Of a DNA stretch of 64,000 bases, positions 26,528 to 35,585 are shown piece by piece. The stretch spans positions 5,731 to 69,730 of the forward strand of contig JBEKMW010000006.1 in assembly GCA_049523455.1 (NCBI GenBank), in the 5' to 3' direction. The stretch is from Verrucomicrobiota bacterium. Lineage in GTDB: Bacteria; Verrucomicrobiota; Verrucomicrobiia; Limisphaerales; UBA11358. The position numbers and the translations under genes are program-made. Under the pieces are notes generated by a model. The model saw only the letters and a program-made list of their open reading frames with translations, did no database searches and was not told where the DNA came from. The first letter of the stretch is position 1. Every line of letters begins with the position of its first letter.

Positions 26528-28027
26528 CTATTCCCGGGCCGCCGATGACAAGGATTTTTGCCAATCGCCGACGCCGGCCAGCATTTTGCCCAAGGGTTGG
26601 CGCAACACGAAGGCCGCCACCAGACCGCCATGCAACACGGCCGGAATCAGCAGCCAGAATGAGTCTTTGGCAAAGACGAAATAACCAGTGGCAAAGACCG
26701 CGGCGACGGCACATTGCAGGCCGGCGTGCCGCCAGGTCCTGCCAGAGAGCCAGCCGCCGGCTTTCAGCAGTCGAATGGCGAACAAGTCCTGCGCCAGAAA
26801 GGCGATGCGGCTGCAAAGGAATCCATAAGCGGCGCCGGCCACGCCCCCGAGGTGCCAGCCCAACCACGCACCCGCCGCCGCCAGCACGCCGCCGGTGATA
26901 CTGAAACCAATGATGGCGCCCAAACGGTTGAGCGAAGCCAATTGCGCTACGGAGATGTTCGCGATGGCATTGATGCAGGCTGCCGCCACCAGCGGGATGA
27001 TCAAAGGGTCGAACTCCGCCGCATGATGCGGCCCCAGCCAAAGCCGAAGGAACACCGGATGCCACAACCCCAGCCAGAGGGCGGCGAGCAAATACCAATC
27101 AAATACGAAGGCAAAGGTCTCGTTGTAGATGGCCGCGGCCGAAGCATTGGGCGCCCCGGCGGCACGCCGGGTGGTATTGTAAAATACCGGCCCCATGACC
27201 GAAGAACTCAGGCCCTGCAGCCGGGCAGCAATCTGGTTGCCCACCGCCCCGTAGTTACGAATATCCCGTGCGGGAGCCAGCCGGGCAACCACCTGCCGGT
27301 CAATCTGCGCGAAGAGGGAGCCCACGATCAGGGCTGAAAAGTTTTTGCCGATGTACACCCTCATCTCGCGCAACCGTTCCAGGCTGGCGGCCCGGAAATG
27401 GAAACCCAAACCGTAGTGCCTTCGGGCATGAACCATGAAGATACACAGCTCGAGCAGCGAAATCATCGCGCCCCAGGAAAAGAGGGCGAGCGGATTCCCC
27501 GTCAAATATGCCAGGACGATCATCGGCAGCGACTTCAGCAACGACGTAATGGTGCGCAAAATGCCGATGAACTTGAAATCCAGGTGCGCCTGCGCCAGCA
27601 CGTTCCAGCACTGCGAATAGTAGGAAAAGAAGAGATCCATGCCAGCGACCGACACGCAGGCACGAAACAACCGCACGTGGGCGGGCAAAAGGTTATACCA
27701 TTTGGGCCCCAGCCAGGCGCCCAATCCCATGAGTGACAAGGCCACCAGCAACAAAAAAGGGACCACGATCAAGTTGCCCGTGCCCCAATAGCCGCGCACC
27801 GCGGTCGTATCCTCTTTGCCCAAGGCCACTCCAATGTAACGTCCCATGGATTGCCCCAGGCCGAGGTCGGCAAAGCTGAACAGGCTGCTGAAGATGCCCA
27901 CACAAATCCAAAGGGCATACATCTCGGCGCTAAGGCAGTGGAGGTACACGGGCACCGAAACAAATCCGACGGCCGTGGTCGCCATCAAGGGCAACAGGCT
28001 CCAGAGCGATTGGCGTTTGATGCTCAA
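26528..28027 (-). CDS. oligosaccharide flippase (Wzx/MOP family)
   Basis: 499 aa with ~12-14 TM helices. N-terminus MSIKRQSLWSLLPLMATTAVGFVSVPVYLHCL is typical of polysaccharide biosynthesis exporters. Confidence 0.75.
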   Translation of the reverse strand: MSIKRQSLWSLLPLMATTAVGFVSVPVYLHCLSAEMYALWICVGIFSSLFSFADLGLGQSMGRYIGVALGKEDTTAVRGYWGTGNLIVVPFLLLVALSLMGLGAWLGPKWYNLLPAHVRLFRACVSVAGMDLFFSYYSQCWNVLAQAHLDFKFIGILRTITSLLKSLPMIVLAYLTGNPLALFSWGAMISLLELCIFMVHARRHYGLGFHFRAASLERLREMRVYIGKNFSALIVGSLFAQIDRQVVARLAPARDIRNYGAVGNQIAARLQGLSSSVMGPVFYNTTRRAAGAPNASAAAIYNETFAFVFDWYLLAALWLGLWHPVFLRLWLGPHHAAEFDPLIIPLVAAACINAIANISVAQLASLNRLGAIIGFSITGGVLAAAGAWLGWHLGGVAGAAYGFLCSRIAFLAQDLFAIRLLKAGGWLSGRTWRHAGLQCAVAAVFATGYFVFAKDSFWLLIPAVLHGGLVAAFVLRQPLGKMLAGVGDWQKSLSSAARE

Positions 28028-28041
28028 TGAGAGGTTGTTCC

Positions 28042-29370
28042 TTACGCGCCGGGCGGCAGCCGTAGCGTGGTGTCCAGCGGCGGAAGTTCGGCCAGGTCCT
28101 TGGCGGAGCTCGCCCCGCCGAGCTCCACCAAGCGCTCGCCGGCGGGGCGCACGCGCGTCTGGAAACTGGCCGCGGCGTCGTTGAAGGCGGTGTTGGCCCG
28201 GTCCAGACCGGCACGGATTTTTTCAAAATGTTCGGTAAATTTTACCACGCGCGCATAAAATTCCTGCGCGGCCTCCGCAATTTTCTGCGCGTTCTCCGTC
28301 TGCGCGTGCTGCTGCCAGCTCACCGAGACGGAACGCAGCAGCGCGATCAGCGACGCCGGCGTCGCCAGCAAAATCCGTTTCTCCGCCGCCCACACGATCA
28401 AGTCGTGGTCGCCCTCCAGCGCGGCGCTGAACAGCGATTCCGCCGGCACAAACAGCACCACATAATCCAGCGCGTTGGGAAACTGGCGCGGATAACCGCG
28501 GTCGGCCAGTGCCTTGATGGTCGCCTTCAATTTGGCGGCGTGGGCCGCCAGCGATTCCGCGCGTTTCATCGGGTCGGCGGACTCCAACGCATTCAAAAAA
28601 TCGAAGTCCGGCACCTTGGCGTCCACGATAATGATCCGGTCGCCGGGCAGTTTCACGATGAGGTCGGGCCGGTTGTCGCCCGCCTGGGTCTGTTCGGTGA
28701 AATCGCAATGCGCGCTCATGCCGGCGGCTTCCACCACGCGCCGCAGCGTTTCCTCGCCCCAGCGCCCGCGGGCCTGATTGGAGGTGAGCACCATGCGGAA
28801 CTGCTGGGTCTCCCGCTCCAGCGATTGGTTGGATTGCGCCAGGGTTTCGAGTTGTTTCTTCACCTCGCCGAGGGTGGCGGCCTGGGAAGTTTCGGCCTGC
28901 TGCAACCGCTTCTGGTAGGTGTCCAACTGCTGCTTTAAGGGCTCGACCAGGGTTTTGATGGCCTCCTGCCGCTGGGCGAGGTCGCCCTTGGCGGTTTCCT
29001 GGAACTTGCCGAAGCTTTGCTCGGCCAGCCGCAGAAATTCCGGCGCGCTTTGTTTCAACGCCTCGGCGCTCAACGCCCGGAAGGCCTCGCGCAAATCGGC
29101 CAGCGCCTTGTCCTGCAGGGCGCGTTGGTCGGCGGCCAGCTTTTCAGCGGCGGCGCGGCTGGCTTCGGCGGCGGCGCGGGACGTCGTCGCCTCGCTCAAT
29201 TGGCCGCGCAATTGCGCGAGCTCGGCGTCGCGCTGGGCGATTTGCTGCCGCAATTCCTTTTCCAGTCTCGCATCGGAACCGGCGCCGCCGCGCGCGCGGC
29301 CGTAAAGCCAGCCGGCAATAAAGCCCACCAGGGCGGCGATGAGCCATTGGATGCCGACGGCGATTTGCAT
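28042..29370 (-). CDS. rmuC: DNA recombination protein RmuC
   Basis: ORF 28042..29442. The likely start is ATG 29370 (MQIAVGIQWLIAALVGF, a TM anchor). A long coiled coil is followed by RPDLIVKLPGDRIIIVDAKVP and FVPAESLF. Confidence 0.85.
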   Translation of the reverse strand: MQIAVGIQWLIAALVGFIAGWLYGRARGGAGSDARLEKELRQQIAQRDAELAQLRGQLSEATTSRAAAEASRAAAEKLAADQRALQDKALADLREAFRALSAEALKQSAPEFLRLAEQSFGKFQETAKGDLAQRQEAIKTLVEPLKQQLDTYQKRLQQAETSQAATLGEVKKQLETLAQSNQSLERETQQFRMVLTSNQARGRWGEETLRRVVEAAGMSAHCDFTEQTQAGDNRPDLIVKLPGDRIIIVDAKVPDFDFLNALESADPMKRAESLAAHAAKLKATIKALADRGYPRQFPNALDYVVLFVPAESLFSAALEGDHDLIVWAAEKRILLATPASLIALLRSVSVSWQQHAQTENAQKIAEAAQEFYARVVKFTEHFEKIRAGLDRANTAFNDAAASFQTRVRPAGERLVELGGASSAKDLAELPPLDTTLRLPPGA

Positions 29371-29419
29371 ATGGCTTTGCGATTTGGGAGTTGGGCTTTC
29401 AGCGGCGTAAATCGTCAAT

Positions 29420-29803
29420 TTAGAAGTGGGCCACCACTTCAATTTCCACGTTGGCGCCTTTGGGCAGCGCGGCCACCTGGATGGTGGAACGCGCCGGGAA
29501 ATCCGCGGTGAAGTACTGCGCGTAAATTTCGTTCATCCCTGCGAAATCGGCCAGGCTGGTCAAAAACACCGTGCTTTTGACGACGTTGGCGAACGTGAGC
29601 TTTTGGTCATCCAGAATCGCCTTCACGTTTTGGAGCACGCGCCCGGTTTGGGCCTTGATGTCGCCGGCAATCAGGTTGCCATCTTTGGGGTCAATGGGTA
29701 TCTGGCCGGCGCAGAAGAGGAGATCGCCCACGCGGACAGCGTGGTTGTACGGGCCGACCGCGGCGGGTGATTGGGCGGGTTTGATGATGATTTTCTTTGG
29801 CAT
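29420..29803 (-). CDS. ridA: RidA/YjgF family reactive-intermediate deaminase
   Basis: Only the last 127 codons of track ORF 29420..30991 code for this protein: MPKKIIIKPAQSPAAVGPYNHAVRVGDLLFCAGQIP...STIQVAALPKGANVEIEVVAHF. Confidence 0.9.
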   Translation of the reverse strand: MPKKIIIKPAQSPAAVGPYNHAVRVGDLLFCAGQIPIDPKDGNLIAGDIKAQTGRVLQNVKAILDDQKLTFANVVKSTVFLTSLADFAGMNEIYAQYFTADFPARSTIQVAALPKGANVEIEVVAHF

Positions 29804-29989
29804 AAATTTTGAACAAGGTCTAGCTGCTTTGCTGGTGCCGGTCAAGGAAAGCCATTTGGGGAGAAATTGAGGAGCGCGGCATTCATGCCGCTTCACCGGC
29901 CAAAGCATTTCGCCCCTGGAAGATGAAAAAAAGGGCCTGCGACGCATTGACGCGGGGCGAAAAATGCCGAAACTGCGTTCCGGCCTGAT

Positions 29990-31129
29990 ATGAAACGCTT
30001 TGGATTCAATTGGCGGCGCTTTTGGGCGATTGTGGGCAAGGAATTCATCCAGATGCGCCGCGACCGGCTGACCTTTGGCATGATGGTGGGCATCCCCATG
30101 CTCCAGCTCATTCTGTTCGGTTACGCCATCAATTCCGATCCCAAACACCTGCCCACGGCGGTCTATTCGGCCGACAACAGCGTCTTCTCGCGCACCATCA
30201 CGTGGGGTTTGCGCAACAGCAGTTACTTTGACATCACGCGCGAGCCGAAGAACGAAGCCGACATCCAAAAGCTGCTCGCCCGGGGCACGGTGCAATTCGC
30301 GGTGGACGTTCCGGTGGATTTTTCGCGCAAACTGCTGCGCGGCGAGAAACCGGATTTGCTGCTCGAAGCCGACGCCACCGACCCCGCCGCCGTGGGTTAC
30401 GCGATCGCGGCGGTGAATTTGTTGACCACCACCGTGCTGGACCGCGACCTCACCGGATCGCTGGCCAAACTGCGCGGCTCTGCTCCTCCGTTCAATCTGG
30501 TGGTGCATCAGCACTACAATCCCGAAAACATCACCCAGTACAACATCGTGCCCGGACTCATGGGCGTGATGCTCACGATGACGATGATCATCATCACCGC
30601 GCTGGCGATCACGCGCGAACGCGAGCGCGGGACCATGGAAAATCTGCTTTCCACGCCGGCCCGGCCCGGCGAGGTGATGATCGGCAAAATCGTGCCCTAC
30701 ATCGCGGTGGGCTATCTGCAGGTGTTCCTGATTTTGCTGGCGTCGCGGTTTCTGTTCGACGTGCCGATAGCGGGCAGCGTGCCGTTGCTGCTGGCGCTCA
30801 CGTTCTTCTTCATCGTGGCCAATCTCGCGGTGGGCATCACGTTTTCCACCATTGCCAGGAACCAACTGCAGGCGGTGCAGATGGCGTTCTTCTTTTTCCT
30901 GCCGTCGTTGCTGCTGTCGGGCTACATGTTTCCGTTTCGCGGGATGCCCGGCTGGGCCCAGGACGTCGGCGAGCTGCTGCCGCTGACGCATTATCTGCGC
31001 GTGGTGCGGGGAATCCTGTTAAAAGGCAACGGCCTGGCCGAAGTGGCGCCCGATCTCTGGCCGATTGGGCTGTTTTTGGTGGTGATGCTGGCAATCGGCA
31101 TCAAACGCTATCGGCAGACTTTGGATTAA
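29990..31129 (+). CDS. ABC-2 type transporter permease (YhhJ/YbhS-like)
   Basis: FWAIVGKEFIQMRRDRLTFGMM..., a large first loop, C-terminal ABC-2 membrane domain ITRERERGTMENLLSTP. No ATPase gene is adjacent. Confidence 0.85.
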   Translation: MKRFGFNWRRFWAIVGKEFIQMRRDRLTFGMMVGIPMLQLILFGYAINSDPKHLPTAVYSADNSVFSRTITWGLRNSSYFDITREPKNEADIQKLLARGTVQFAVDVPVDFSRKLLRGEKPDLLLEADATDPAAVGYAIAAVNLLTTTVLDRDLTGSLAKLRGSAPPFNLVVHQHYNPENITQYNIVPGLMGVMLTMTMIIITALAITRERERGTMENLLSTPARPGEVMIGKIVPYIAVGYLQVFLILLASRFLFDVPIAGSVPLLLALTFFFIVANLAVGITFSTIARNQLQAVQMAFFFFLPSLLLSGYMFPFRGMPGWAQDVGELLPLTHYLRVVRGILLKGNGLAEVAPDLWPIGLFLVVMLAIGIKRYRQTLD

Positions 31130-32577
31130 GCCGATGCTTTGGCCGCCGCCAGATCGCTGCGGCGCTGCGCCATGCTCTTGAAAAATTCGTAGCCTTCGCG
31201 CAAACGGCGGACGCACACGTCCTTGTCCTCCAGCATGGTTTTGATGATGCGTAGAATCGGTTTGGGACGCAGGTAATAGCGGTGATAGAAGCGCTCGACG
31301 CTCTCGAATATTTCCTCCTTGCTCAGGCCGGGATATTCGAGGGCGCTTTGCTGGAAGCCGTCGGTTTCCACGAGGTCGGTCTTGTCCTTCTTCACGAACC
31401 AGCCGTTGAGCCTGGCCTGCTCGTAAAGTTCGGTGCCCGGATACGGTGCGGCCAGCGATACTTGCAGGCTGAACACGTCGAGCTCCTTGGCAAAATTAAT
31501 CGTCTGCTCGATGGTTTGGCGGGTCTCGACCGGCAGCCCCAGGATGAACGTGCCGTGAATCACCACGCCCGCCTCATGGCACGCCTTGGTGAACCGGCGC
31601 ATCTCGTCGGTCGTCACGCCTTTCTTGATGCGCGTGAGCGTGTCGTCGTTGCCGCTCTCGTAGCCCACCAGAAACAGGCGCAGGCCGTTGTCCTTGAACG
31701 ATTTTATCGTGTCGTAATCGAGGTTGGCGCGGCTGTTGCAGCTCCAGGAGACGCCGAGCGGACCGAGTTTTTTGGCAATCTCGCGGGCGCGCGGCAGGTT
31801 GGCCGTGAACGTGTCGTCGTCGAAGAAAAATTCGCGCACCTGCGGGAAGAGTTTCTTCATGTACGCCATTTCGTCGGCGACATTTTGCGGCGAGCGGACG
31901 CGGTATCTGTGGCCGCCGATGGTTTGCGGCCAGAGGCAGAAGCTGCATTGCGCCGGACAGCCGCGACCGGTGTAAAGGCTCACATAGGGATGCAACAGAT
32001 AACCGATGAAATAATTCTCGATCTTGAGGTCGCGCCGGTAAACGTCGGCCACCCACGGCAGATCGTCCATGTTCTGGATCATCTCGCGCTCGGGGTTGTG
32101 GCGGATCTTGCCGTCCTTGTCCTTGTAGGAAAGACCGGCAATGGTGGACAGTTCGCGCCCTTCGGCGACTTCCCTGCAGGTGTAGTCAAATTCCTTGCGT
32201 CCCACCCAATCAATGGCGGGCGACGCCTTCAACGTTTCTGACGGCAATACCATCGTGTGCGCGCCCACGAAACCGATTTTGGTGTCCGGCTGCTGTTGTT
32301 TGATGGCCTCGGCCACCTTGCAATCGTTCTTCAGGGAGGGCGTGGAGGTGTTGATGATGACGTGCTCGAAATCCCTGGCAATGCGGAGGCATTCCTCCAT
32401 GCCGATGTTGTGGGGCGGGCAATCCAGCAGCCGGGAGTTGGGCGTGAGCGCGGCCGGTTGGGCGAGCCACGTGGGATACCAAAAACTGGTCACCTCGCGC
32501 CGCGCCTGATAGCGCGCGCCGGCGCCGCCGTCGAAGCCGTCGAAGGAAGGCGGCGAAAGATAAAGTGTTCGGCTCAT
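31126..32577 (-). CDS. hpnJ: hopanoid biosynthesis-associated B12-binding radical SAM protein HpnJ
   Basis: MSRTLYLSPPSFDGFDGGAGARYQARREVTSFWYPTWLAQPAAL is the HpnJ-type N-terminus as I remember it. Radical SAM CPAQCSFC. Confidence 0.75.
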   Translation of the reverse strand: MSRTLYLSPPSFDGFDGGAGARYQARREVTSFWYPTWLAQPAALTPNSRLLDCPPHNIGMEECLRIARDFEHVIINTSTPSLKNDCKVAEAIKQQQPDTKIGFVGAHTMVLPSETLKASPAIDWVGRKEFDYTCREVAEGRELSTIAGLSYKDKDGKIRHNPEREMIQNMDDLPWVADVYRRDLKIENYFIGYLLHPYVSLYTGRGCPAQCSFCLWPQTIGGHRYRVRSPQNVADEMAYMKKLFPQVREFFFDDDTFTANLPRAREIAKKLGPLGVSWSCNSRANLDYDTIKSFKDNGLRLFLVGYESGNDDTLTRIKKGVTTDEMRRFTKACHEAGVVIHGTFILGLPVETRQTIEQTINFAKELDVFSLQVSLAAPYPGTELYEQARLNGWFVKKDKTDLVETDGFQQSALEYPGLSKEEIFESVERFYHRYYLRPKPILRIIKTMLEDKDVCVRRLREGYEFFKSMAQRRSDLAAAKASA

Positions 32578-32583
32578 GAATTT

Positions 32584-34011
32584 CTATTGGGCCCGGACAC
32601 CACCGTTCGCTTCGTTCTTTGCTTTTGCCAGCGACTCGTCGGGTGCTGCCGTGTCGTTCGTGCCGCAATGGCTTTCGACGTGCGCAGATTCTCCGCCGTT
32701 GCGGGAGAAGGCGCCGTGCGCCCCGGCGGCGGGCGAGTTGACCGCGGCCCGTGCCTGGGCCAGATGCCCTTTGCCGACGGAAACGCCGTTATAGACACGC
32801 TTCTCCAGGCCGGGTGAAAACGGAAACGGCTTCGGTCGCGCGCCGAAGTTGTACTTGAAATTCTTCCAGTTGTCGCCGCGCTGATAATTCGTGCCGAGCG
32901 CGCCGCTGGGGTCGTAACCGCAATGGACCATGCAGTGTTCGCACCGCGAATCGCGCGCCTTGCCGTCCACCACGCCGTATTTTTCCCATTGCACCCTGGC
33001 CAGCATTTCCTGGTAGCCGTCGTAATGGCCGTCGGTCATGAGGTAACACGGCGCTTTCCAGCCCTTGATGTTGTAGGTGGGGATGGCCCAGGCGGTGCAG
33101 GTCAACTCGCGTTTGCCCGCGAGAAATTCCTGGTACACCGGCGTGCCAAAAATGGTGAACTCCTTGCCCCAATCGAGAATCTTCCCAAACTTCTGCCGCG
33201 TCATGTTGCGCGTCAGGAAGAAATCCCTGGGGTCCTTGCCCAGGCGCTTCACCATGTCCTTCTTGGCCGCGTCGTAATCGTAACCGGGCGAAATAGTGTG
33301 GCCGTCCACTTCCAACGAGCTGAGGAATTTGAACATGTCCTCGATCTCGGCCATGTCTGTCTCCTTATAGACGGTGGTGTTCGTGGCGCATTGGTAGCCC
33401 AGAAGCTTGGCCATCTTGATGGCCGCGATGCATTCCTTGAACACGCCTTCGCGCTCGACGATGAGGTCATGCGTGTATTCCAAGCCGTCCACGTGCACGT
33501 TCCAATACATCCACTGCGTCGGCCGGATGACGACTTTTTTCCGGGCCGCGTCGCCCGCTTGGCGGATGGTTGCGGCGTCCTTGTCGGATATCAATTTCTG
33601 GTCGAGCAACTTTTTCAGCGTCGGTTCCAAACCCGGCGAATAGATGGCCGCGAGGTAATCCTTCATCTTCTTGCGCATGAAGACGCCGTTGGTGCAGACG
33701 TAAATCACGCGGCCCTGCGCCAGCAAACCGGCGATGAGTTCCTCGATCTTTGGATAAATCAACGGCTCGCCGCCGCAGATGCTGACCATGGGCGCCTCGC
33801 ATTCCTCGGCGACCGCCAGGCATTTCTCGAGCGGCACCATGTCCTTGAGGCTGGTGGAATACTCGCGGATGCGGCCGCATCCGGTGCAGGTGAGATTGCA
33901 GGTGTGCAGCGGTTCGAGCTGCAAGACCATCGCAAATTTCGGAGTCTTGCGCAGCTTATGTTTAATAATGTGGCCGGCGATCTTCGCCGACAAAGCGAAT
34001 GGGAATCGCAT
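32584..34011 (-). CDS. hpnH: adenosylhopane-forming radical SAM protein HpnH, with extended C-terminus
   Basis: MVLQLEPLHTCNLTCTGCGRIREY (CxxxCxxC), ICGGEPLIYP, and later CEHCMVHCGY. There is a ~90-aa low-complexity tail after the conserved core. Confidence 0.8.
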   Translation of the reverse strand: MRFPFALSAKIAGHIIKHKLRKTPKFAMVLQLEPLHTCNLTCTGCGRIREYSTSLKDMVPLEKCLAVAEECEAPMVSICGGEPLIYPKIEELIAGLLAQGRVIYVCTNGVFMRKKMKDYLAAIYSPGLEPTLKKLLDQKLISDKDAATIRQAGDAARKKVVIRPTQWMYWNVHVDGLEYTHDLIVEREGVFKECIAAIKMAKLLGYQCATNTTVYKETDMAEIEDMFKFLSSLEVDGHTISPGYDYDAAKKDMVKRLGKDPRDFFLTRNMTRQKFGKILDWGKEFTIFGTPVYQEFLAGKRELTCTAWAIPTYNIKGWKAPCYLMTDGHYDGYQEMLARVQWEKYGVVDGKARDSRCEHCMVHCGYDPSGALGTNYQRGDNWKNFKYNFGARPKPFPFSPGLEKRVYNGVSVGKGHLAQARAAVNSPAAGAHGAFSRNGGESAHVESHCGTNDTAAPDESLAKAKNEANGGVRAQ

Positions 34012-34020
34012 AGTCTTAAA

Positions 34021-34272
34021 TTATTGGGCTAAAGCCACTTCCTTGGATATCACTGGCGCTGCTGCCGGAGCATTGGTCATGGGCGGATCAACCTTGAGCA
34101 AGCCGGGCAGGAGGAACGATGCCGGCGAAACCGTCTGGCTGGCGTTGACGCCGCCGCATCCTGTGCAGGCCAGCATCAACGCCGCCGCCATGGCCAGCGA
34201 CAGCAAATGGCAATTTAATCTCACTTGCTCATTATAGTGCACCCCGGCACGATGGCAACCCTTATTAGCCAT
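34021..34272 (-). CDS. small putative lipoprotein
   Basis: Lipobox LMLACTGC. Alternative GTG start at 34224 (VRLNCHLLSLAMAAALMLAC). It lies 9 nt upstream of hpnH on the same strand. Confidence 0.4.
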   Translation of the reverse strand: MANKGCHRAGVHYNEQVRLNCHLLSLAMAAALMLACTGCGGVNASQTVSPASFLLPGLLKVDPPMTNAPAAAPVISKEVALAQ

Positions 34273-34374
34273 TAAATGGAGCCATCTCGACCAGCAGCCG
34301 CAGCTCGATACCGCCGCCGTTTGGAGTTCCGCCTTCAGGCGGTGCGGACGGCCAAGCCGCGGGGAAGCGCCTGC

Positions 34375-35097
34375 ATGGTCGCCCTGTTTCTACTCTCCGC
34401 CGCTTCCACTGTTCTGGCCGGATCGCAAACCAACGTGATCTTCGCCGGGCGCGCCGGGACGAAATTCAACCAGACCCAAATCCGATTTGAGTCGGACACG
34501 AATAATGCCACCGCCGCCTGGCAATTTGCCCGCGCGTGTTACGACTGGGCTGATGTTGCCACCAACGACACCGAACGCGCCGCGATCGCACGGCAAGGCA
34601 TCGCCGCTTGCCGCGCTTTGCTGGCGCGCCAGAGCAATTCCGCGCCGGGCCATTATTATCTGGCGATGAATTTTGGACAACTGGCCGCGGCCGAAGCCCC
34701 GTCCCTGGCGGCCTACCGACTCGTGCAGCAGATCGAGGGGGAATTCAAAACCGCCGCGGCCTTGGATGCAGCTTTCGATTACGGCGGGCCGGCGCGCGGG
34801 CTGGGCCTGCTGTATCGCAACGCGCCGGACCGGCCGATCAGCGTTGGCAGCCGGCGCAAAGCCCGCGATTGGCTGGAGCGGGCGGTTCAACTCGCGCCGG
34901 AGGATCCGGAAAACCGGCTGAACCTGCTGGAAGCGCACCTGGGCTGGCGGGAGCGCGCCCAGGCGCGACAGGACCTGAAGGTGCTGGACGCGCTCTGGCC
35001 CAAGGCGCAAACCAATTTTACCGGCGTGGATTGGGAACCAAGCTGGGCGGACTGGACGGCCCGCAAACTCGCCGCGGAAAAGATGCTCATTCCTTGA
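34375..35097 (+). CDS. secreted helical-repeat (TPR-like) protein
   Basis: ORF 34276..35097. The likely start is ATG 34375 (MVALFLLSAASTVLAG, a signal peptide). Helical repeats GHYYLAMNFGQLA, ARDWLERAVQLAPEDPENRLNLLEAHL. Confidence 0.5.
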   Translation: MVALFLLSAASTVLAGSQTNVIFAGRAGTKFNQTQIRFESDTNNATAAWQFARACYDWADVATNDTERAAIARQGIAACRALLARQSNSAPGHYYLAMNFGQLAAAEAPSLAAYRLVQQIEGEFKTAAALDAAFDYGGPARGLGLLYRNAPDRPISVGSRRKARDWLERAVQLAPEDPENRLNLLEAHLGWRERAQARQDLKVLDALWPKAQTNFTGVDWEPSWADWTARKLAAEKMLIP

Positions 35098-35159
35098 AGA
35101 ATCGTTTTTTGCCGCGAAAAACCGCCAAGAGTTCCGCAATGTGGAGGAAATGAATCTCT

Positions 35160-35585
35160 TTAATTCCTCCGTCCCGCCACGTCTTTCCACGGGTTAACGG
35201 TCTGGCAGCCGGGGAAATGCTTTTCGTTTCGGGTTGCCACGGTGAGGTCGCAGCTTCGTGCAATCGCGCCGATCAGTGAATCGTCATAGGGAATGGGATG
35301 ATTTCGCGCTTCAGCCATGAGCCGTCCCCACTCCGCGGCGGCTGCCTCGTCGGAAACGTAAATGGCCTCGTGATAGTCCTGCAAGATAAACCCGTAAATG
35401 CGTTCCAATGCCAGCCGCGTTTTCCTGGTCCCCGCGAGCTCAATCCCGCGCCGGATTTCGGCCAGCGTCAAAGTGGAAATCCCCACCTCCCCGCGATGCT
35501 TGGCGAACCAGACCCGGACGGGATTGCCTTCGCGGAAATAATCACTCACGACGTTTGTATCGGCGAGATACTTTAGAAACGGCAT
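35160..35585 (-). CDS. vapC: type II toxin VapC (PIN domain)
   Basis: MPFLKYLADTNVVSDY... (DTN acidic motif), and later ATRNEKHF. Confidence 0.85.
   Translation of the reverse strand: MPFLKYLADTNVVSDYFREGNPVRVWFAKHRGEVGISTLTLAEIRRGIELAGTRKTRLALERIYGFILQDYHEAIYVSDEAAAAEWGRLMAEARNHPIPYDDSLIGAIARSCDLTVATRNEKHFPGCQTVNPWKDVAGRRN

Noticed and set aside
29804-30991. Upstream 396 codons of the 523-aa track ORF 29420..30991
   Set aside because: Only the last 127 codons encode RidA. The remainder is antisense to the ABC-2 permease and to non-coding spacer, and translates to an R/Q/H-rich nonsense sequence.
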